A stretch of 64,000 nt of DNA from Oculina patagonica (Eukaryota), in contig NC_135763.1 in assembly GCF_052425735.1 (NCBI RefSeq), forward strand, positions 32,302,001-32,366,000. Reading direction: 5' to 3'. The first letter of the stretch is position 1; every line of letters begins with the position of its first letter. The notes below the pieces were generated by a model. That model made no database searches. It had not been told where the DNA came from and was given only the letters and a program-made list of their open reading frames with translations. A program made the position numbers and the translations under genes. Shown here piece after piece: positions 58,766 to 64,000 of the stretch.

Positions 58766-61172
58766 TTGTGAGTATCGATTGTCATCGATTTTTATCTAAT
58801 GTCATCGATTTTTATCGATTATATCGATTGTCAATTGCAATCGTTTAATAATGATTTCAGATACGTTTGCGCTAGGCATTGGCAATTGAGTCTAATCTAT
58901 TGTATTTTTTCCTCTTCACAAAAAGTGATCTGTTGTGCAATTGCTGCTTTTCCTGTAAATGTGTAAATATTACGAAACACTTGATTGAAAGTGTGTTCAA
59001 AACTCTCTTCGAAATGTTTAATCAGTTGAAACCCGTGATTTGTGGACAATACCCTCTAAATATATCTCTCATGTGAACAGGCACGGATTCGTTAAACAAC
59101 GTTTTCTGAAATTACCGACTTCTTCAATTAAGAGACCCGGCCATTTCCCCCTTTTCCACGTATAGACTGACTTCACTCCGGGCTTAACTATCAAAGGTTC
59201 GCAGGAGCTTTCACTGGTATCCAACTCTACCGGGAACTCTATCAAAATAACAACACTCTTGGACGTTGCTATCTCTTTTTGTTTTGTTTAATCATGAAAA
59301 GGCAATTTAAATCCCATCAGAATGGGCACTCGTGGTCGCCCTTTACATTAGCCTCTATTATTAGTACGTTCATTTCATGCTTTGTTTGATTCGAAGAACT
59401 TTGATTTGACTTACTTACTTACTTTGACTTGCTTAGTGAAAGGATGCGTAACTTTCGTAACGTATCGCCTTACAAATGTTGCAAGAATTGATAAATGGTT
59501 CATTGATTTATTATAACCGATAATAATCGATAAAATCGATAAGAATCGATACAATTAAGAGGACGTGAATTATGAGTATCGATTTTCATCGATCAATGGA
59601 ACCAATCGATATTAATCGATTGATTTTTATCGATTATATTGATTATATCGATTGGTTTCCAATGATCGATTTTGGAAAAAGCTACCATTTTACACTCAGC
59701 CTAAGTTCCTTCGGCAGAAAATTTAGCGATTTGTGCAGCTGAAAGCAGTTACATGTGTTAAGGAAGCATTCTTGAAACTCCAAACAAAAAATTCAGGTGA
59801 ACTCGGTTGTTTTTCGTTGATGTTTTGCAGGCGGCAGCAAAGAAATGTACAAATATTTATAACGCGCGTGTAGGCTACGCCATTGTTTTGCTCATTAAAC
59901 TTTTTGGGTTGGCGACGTTTTCGTTGCTTGTAGTGTGCCTTTTTAAAGGTCCCTGTATTTGTGGCCACGATGTCATTCATGGCGTTTATTTTCAGTGCTC
60001 GGAATGCTTTTTATTTGCAAAAATATCGAACTATATGTGCAGGAAACCGGCCACAAAGCATTAATTTAATTCACCGTAGAAATTTCCATATTAGACGCAA
60101 TCTACTTCTGTCTTCTTTTATGTACAACCTTGTCAAAGCAATTAAATTTTTTTTAACTACTCAGCTCGTTTAGTTTATTTCTACTCTGAGTAGTTTTTTT
60201 GCCTATTTTAGTTAATTTATTTTATGCTGTAATTTATCTTCTATTTAATTTGGCAAAATAAAATGGTTGTTGTTGTTGTTAATCTGATCATATGCAAATT
60301 TTGTTTTGCCTTCCGTGCAGTCAACCGGAAAAGTAGGAAAATGCTGTTCTATTTGCCACTGGAATTTTCCGGAAACTCAAACCAGAATTTTTGGTCGAAT
60401 GGAAAGCGCCCCCTGATAACTCGAATTCCGGTTCTTGCAACTCGCCACGGTTGCCTTTTGATTAGAGCAACGAACAGATCACGCATTTGAAAGCAAGTTT
60501 TAAATATTCAATCGACAGCGATAACACGAAACCTCCCGATAACTCGAATTGTTTTTCGTTTCCCTTCAGAGTTCAAATTATCGACGTTCTACTGTAATTT
60601 GTATATTAAACACAGATCATCGTGGCATTAATATTGATATTTTTGCTCCCAGACGGTTTGTGAGTACAGTTAAACCAAATCACCTCAAATGACCTGATCT
60701 GTCGAAAACTGGTCGTCACTTCTCTGGGTGTCAGAGGTTTTTTGCGCGGTTTCCGGTGTCGGTCTAACCTGCGCACGCAATCAGGCGTTATTTTTTTCGC
60801 GGCGGAGGGGTCAAAGCCTGATGGCAGGTTAGTGTCGGTCAAGTCTCGTAACTCAGCTCATTTCAGTATTACGGCTAACGACGGCTTTTTTGTTATTCCC
60901 GAGGTGGTGACTTGTGAGAGCTTTGACTGTACAGGCTACTGATTGTACGCTATTCATGGTCTAAGGATTGAGTTCGATTACCGAACGTTCGATTCACTAC
61001 GCCAGAATTTTAAAACAGAGTACCTCATATGAAATCAGATTATATTTAGCGGTTGTCAGCTTTGAGTAAAAAAAAGTTAGTAGCAAGCTTCAATTTCATT
61101 AGAGACGCAATGATAATGAATAGAGAGGAACCGAAATGCGACACGGACCGGATCGGTACTGTCTGAGCTTAC

Positions 61173-61326
61173 CCGTTTTCTCTCTTGTTTCTTGAAAATA
61201 ATCCATGAACACTGGAAAGAAGATCCCAAAGCTGAATACAAAACCCATGGTTGCCAGCCAAGATAAAGTCGCCGAAAAACAGACAATCCAGGCCCACTTT
61301 CCATCCTGCACATGAGTTTGAGCCAT
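61173..61326 (-). CDS. Duplicate of SLC16 coding exon 1 with intact ATG and GT donor
   Basis: Same sequence as 58251-58404, offset 2922. Confidence 0.75.
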
Positions 61327-61512
61327 AATACACATACAAACTTGAAAATGTGTAATCCAATACACCTGGATACACCACAGGGGGCCCATACAAGCGGCGT
61401 GACTATTTGTATGTTTGAAATATAAAGAAATGTATAAGGATTTTGAAAGCGTCTTATTATCGTTAACTTATTTCGAGTAATGTCTATGTTTAAATTCAAA
61501 ATAAACGTAAAC

Positions 61513-61687
61513 CTACCTCAACTGTTGTATTTTGTCGTTTCTGCGGCTTAAAATGGCGAATTTGGGCGATTTGGAGGGTTTTGCGTTGACTGTTGCTTCA
61601 CGTGCAACAGTCAACGCAAAACCCTCCAAATCGCTCAAATTCGCCATTTTGAGCCGCAGAAACGACAAAATACAACAGTTGAGGTAG
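61513..61687. mobile_element. Second copy of the 175-bp palindrome
   Basis: Lies within the tandem duplication. Confidence 0.85.
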
Positions 61688-62878
61688 TTGTGAGTATCGA
61701 TTGTCATCGATTTTTATCTAATGTCATCGATTTTTAACGATTATATCGATTGTCAATTGCAATCGTTTAATAATGATTTCAGATACGTTTGCGCTAGGCA
61801 TTGGCAATTGAGTCTAATCTATTGTATTTTTTCCTCTTCACAAAAAGTGATCTGTTGTGCAATTGCTGCTTTTCCTGTAAATGTGTAAATATTACGAAAC
61901 ACTTGATTGAAAGTGTGTTCAAAACTCTCTTCGAAATGTTTAATCAGTTGAAACCCGTGATTTGTGGACAATACCCTCTAAATATATCTCTCATGTGAAC
62001 AGGCACGGATTCGTTAAACAACGTTTTCTGAAATTACCGACTTCTTCAATTAAGAGACCCGGCCATTTCCCCCTTTTCCACGTATAGACTGACTTCACTC
62101 CGGGCTTAACTATCAAAGGTTCGCAGGAGCTTTCACTGGTATCCAACTCTACCGGGAACTCTATCAAAATAACAACACTCTTGGACGTTGCTATCTCTTT
62201 TTATTTTGTTTAATCATGAAAAGGCAATTTAAATCCCATCAGAATGGGCACTCGTGGTCGCCCTTTACATTAGCCTCTATTATTAGTACGTTCATTTCAT
62301 GCTTTGTTTGATTCGAAGAACTTTGATTTGACTTACTTACTTACTTTGACTTGCTTAGTGAAAGGATGCGTAACTTTCGTAACGTATCGCCTTACAAATG
62401 TTGCAAGAATTGATAAATGGTTCATTGATTTATTATAACCGATAATAATCGATAAAATCGATAAGAATCGATACAATTAAGAGGACGTGAATTATGAGTA
62501 TCGATTTTCATCGATCAATGGAACCAATCGATATTAATCGATTGATTTTTATCGATTATATTGATTATATCGATTGGTTTCCAATGATCGATTTTCCTCT
62601 CTACAACCCAATCACGAAAGGGTCACGCGCGAGCAAAGAACCTGGTTGCCGGTTGTGCGCCAATGAGTTCTTAAGGAACTTTCAGCTGTCTTGTTTGAAA
62701 CGAGGAAACAGTTGGTAGCTGTGGATCAATTCTGCCTGTTTTGGGGTTATCCCGTGAAGTTAGCTAAAATTGTGTTTTTGCGGCATAGTTTAGTTGGGTA
62801 CGGGGTGGTTATCTTTGTAACGCCTGTAAGTTGGTCGATTTTTTTTCTGTGCAATCTCGTCCGGTAATGGCATTGGAG

Positions 62879-63331
62879 CCCGGGGGAAGGGGGGTACTCC
62901 CATATATTTCGGAAAGGTGGGTGCCGCGATCGAAGGTTCTTAAACCCTGAGCCTATTTTAGGATAAAGAAAGCGAAACTTGATACCCTTCTTAAGGGTAA
63001 ATGACAACCTATTCAAGGGGAGGAGAAGCGTTCCGTGACGACCCAAATAACGGCTAACTGCGCACGACAAGACACAAATCTTTATAAAATCGCTTTGCTA
63101 ATACCTGAACAGAAAATTCAGTTTTAAGATACCTTTTTTTTTCTCGTTTAGATGGGCGTTTATTTTAGCTAATAGAATTTAGGTACCCTATCTAAGGATC
63201 ACACCGGGAACACATTGCCAAAAGGAGCAAAAATGATACCCTATTTAAGGACCGAGAACCTCAAAAACCATACCCTATCAGGCGGCACATACCTATATAG
63301 GCCACATATGGGAGTACCCCCCCCCCCCGGG
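62879..63331. mobile_element. MITE with CCCGGG(G)nTACT termini and 8-bp TSD
   Basis: TSD cattggag at 62871-62878 and 63332-63339. Confidence 0.9.
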
Positions 63332-64000
63332 CATTGGAGTCGGGACTGGAATATTGGCGCATTTCGCCTGACTTGTTCCATCCTCGGAGACCCAGGGGCA
63401 GTTAGTGAGGGCGACGTGCAGCTTATCGGGACAACGGGATTTTCGGGCGAAAGTTTACAACATAGAGCGGAACAGCCCCTGGGCACTTTGTCTTACCGAA
63501 CCAGTTCCAGAAGCGTTTGAACTCCTTCCTCCTGATTGGCCACAAAAATATTTTTGTGGCCAATCAGCGACGAGGACCGGCCAGGAGACTCTGATGTCTT
63601 CTTACACGAAGTTGTTTTCCTCATAGACTCGTCGTGGATGCTCTGCCCATCAATCGGATGCTATTACATGGAGAGTCTCAGAAAAAAAAAAATAAGCCTT
63701 AGACGACTGCCAGTTCTACACTGTTAGTTCCGCGCTTTTTAATAGTAATTCGAGTAAACAACAATTCTTATTATTTTTCTCGGTCGTGCGACTTCTGGAA
63801 CTTGCCACGATCTGGGTACTTCACTGCACGGGCCACGCGTTAGCGAAGATATCGCTGTCATCACCTATTGTTATTTTGTTGCCAGCTTGACAGTTAAAAC
63901 AAAGGGTTTTTGTTTAATTTGTTGGATATTTAAATAACAAAAACAAAACTTATAAACAAGAGGTGCTCGCGTATAGCTTTAAAAACTTTTGGTTTCCTTG

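Larger units (their letters stand above)
56746..62595. repeat. Two-copy tandem segmental duplication, period 2922-2923 bp
   Basis: 56746-59668 vs 59669-62595 differ at only about seven positions that I could see; the ORF track repeats with the same offset. Confidence 0.97.

Overview
AT-rich, intron-containing animal DNA; the gene and repeat style suggests a cnidarian, probably a stony coral (inference). Host genes: a 4-exon class A GPCR (9986-12519) plus the last exon of a paralogue at 674-1018; a tandem array of four intronless class A GPCRs (16811-30354) plus a pseudogene fragment; a GPR161/GPR101-like receptor with a very long third intracellular loop (minus strand); three intronless orphan ORFs; and a 4-exon SLC16 (MCT) transporter whose first exon and upstream region lie in a near-identical 2.9 kb tandem duplication. 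Intergenic DNA is dense with MITEs, LINE 3' fragments and tandem repeats. The most unusual object is a disabled element at 5436-9860. Its scattered ORFs splice, with matching phases at all four introns, into one 5-exon gene encoding a C2HC zinc finger, a P-element-like transposase N-terminal catalytic region and an NHL repeat. All family assignments come from motif recognition, not database searches.
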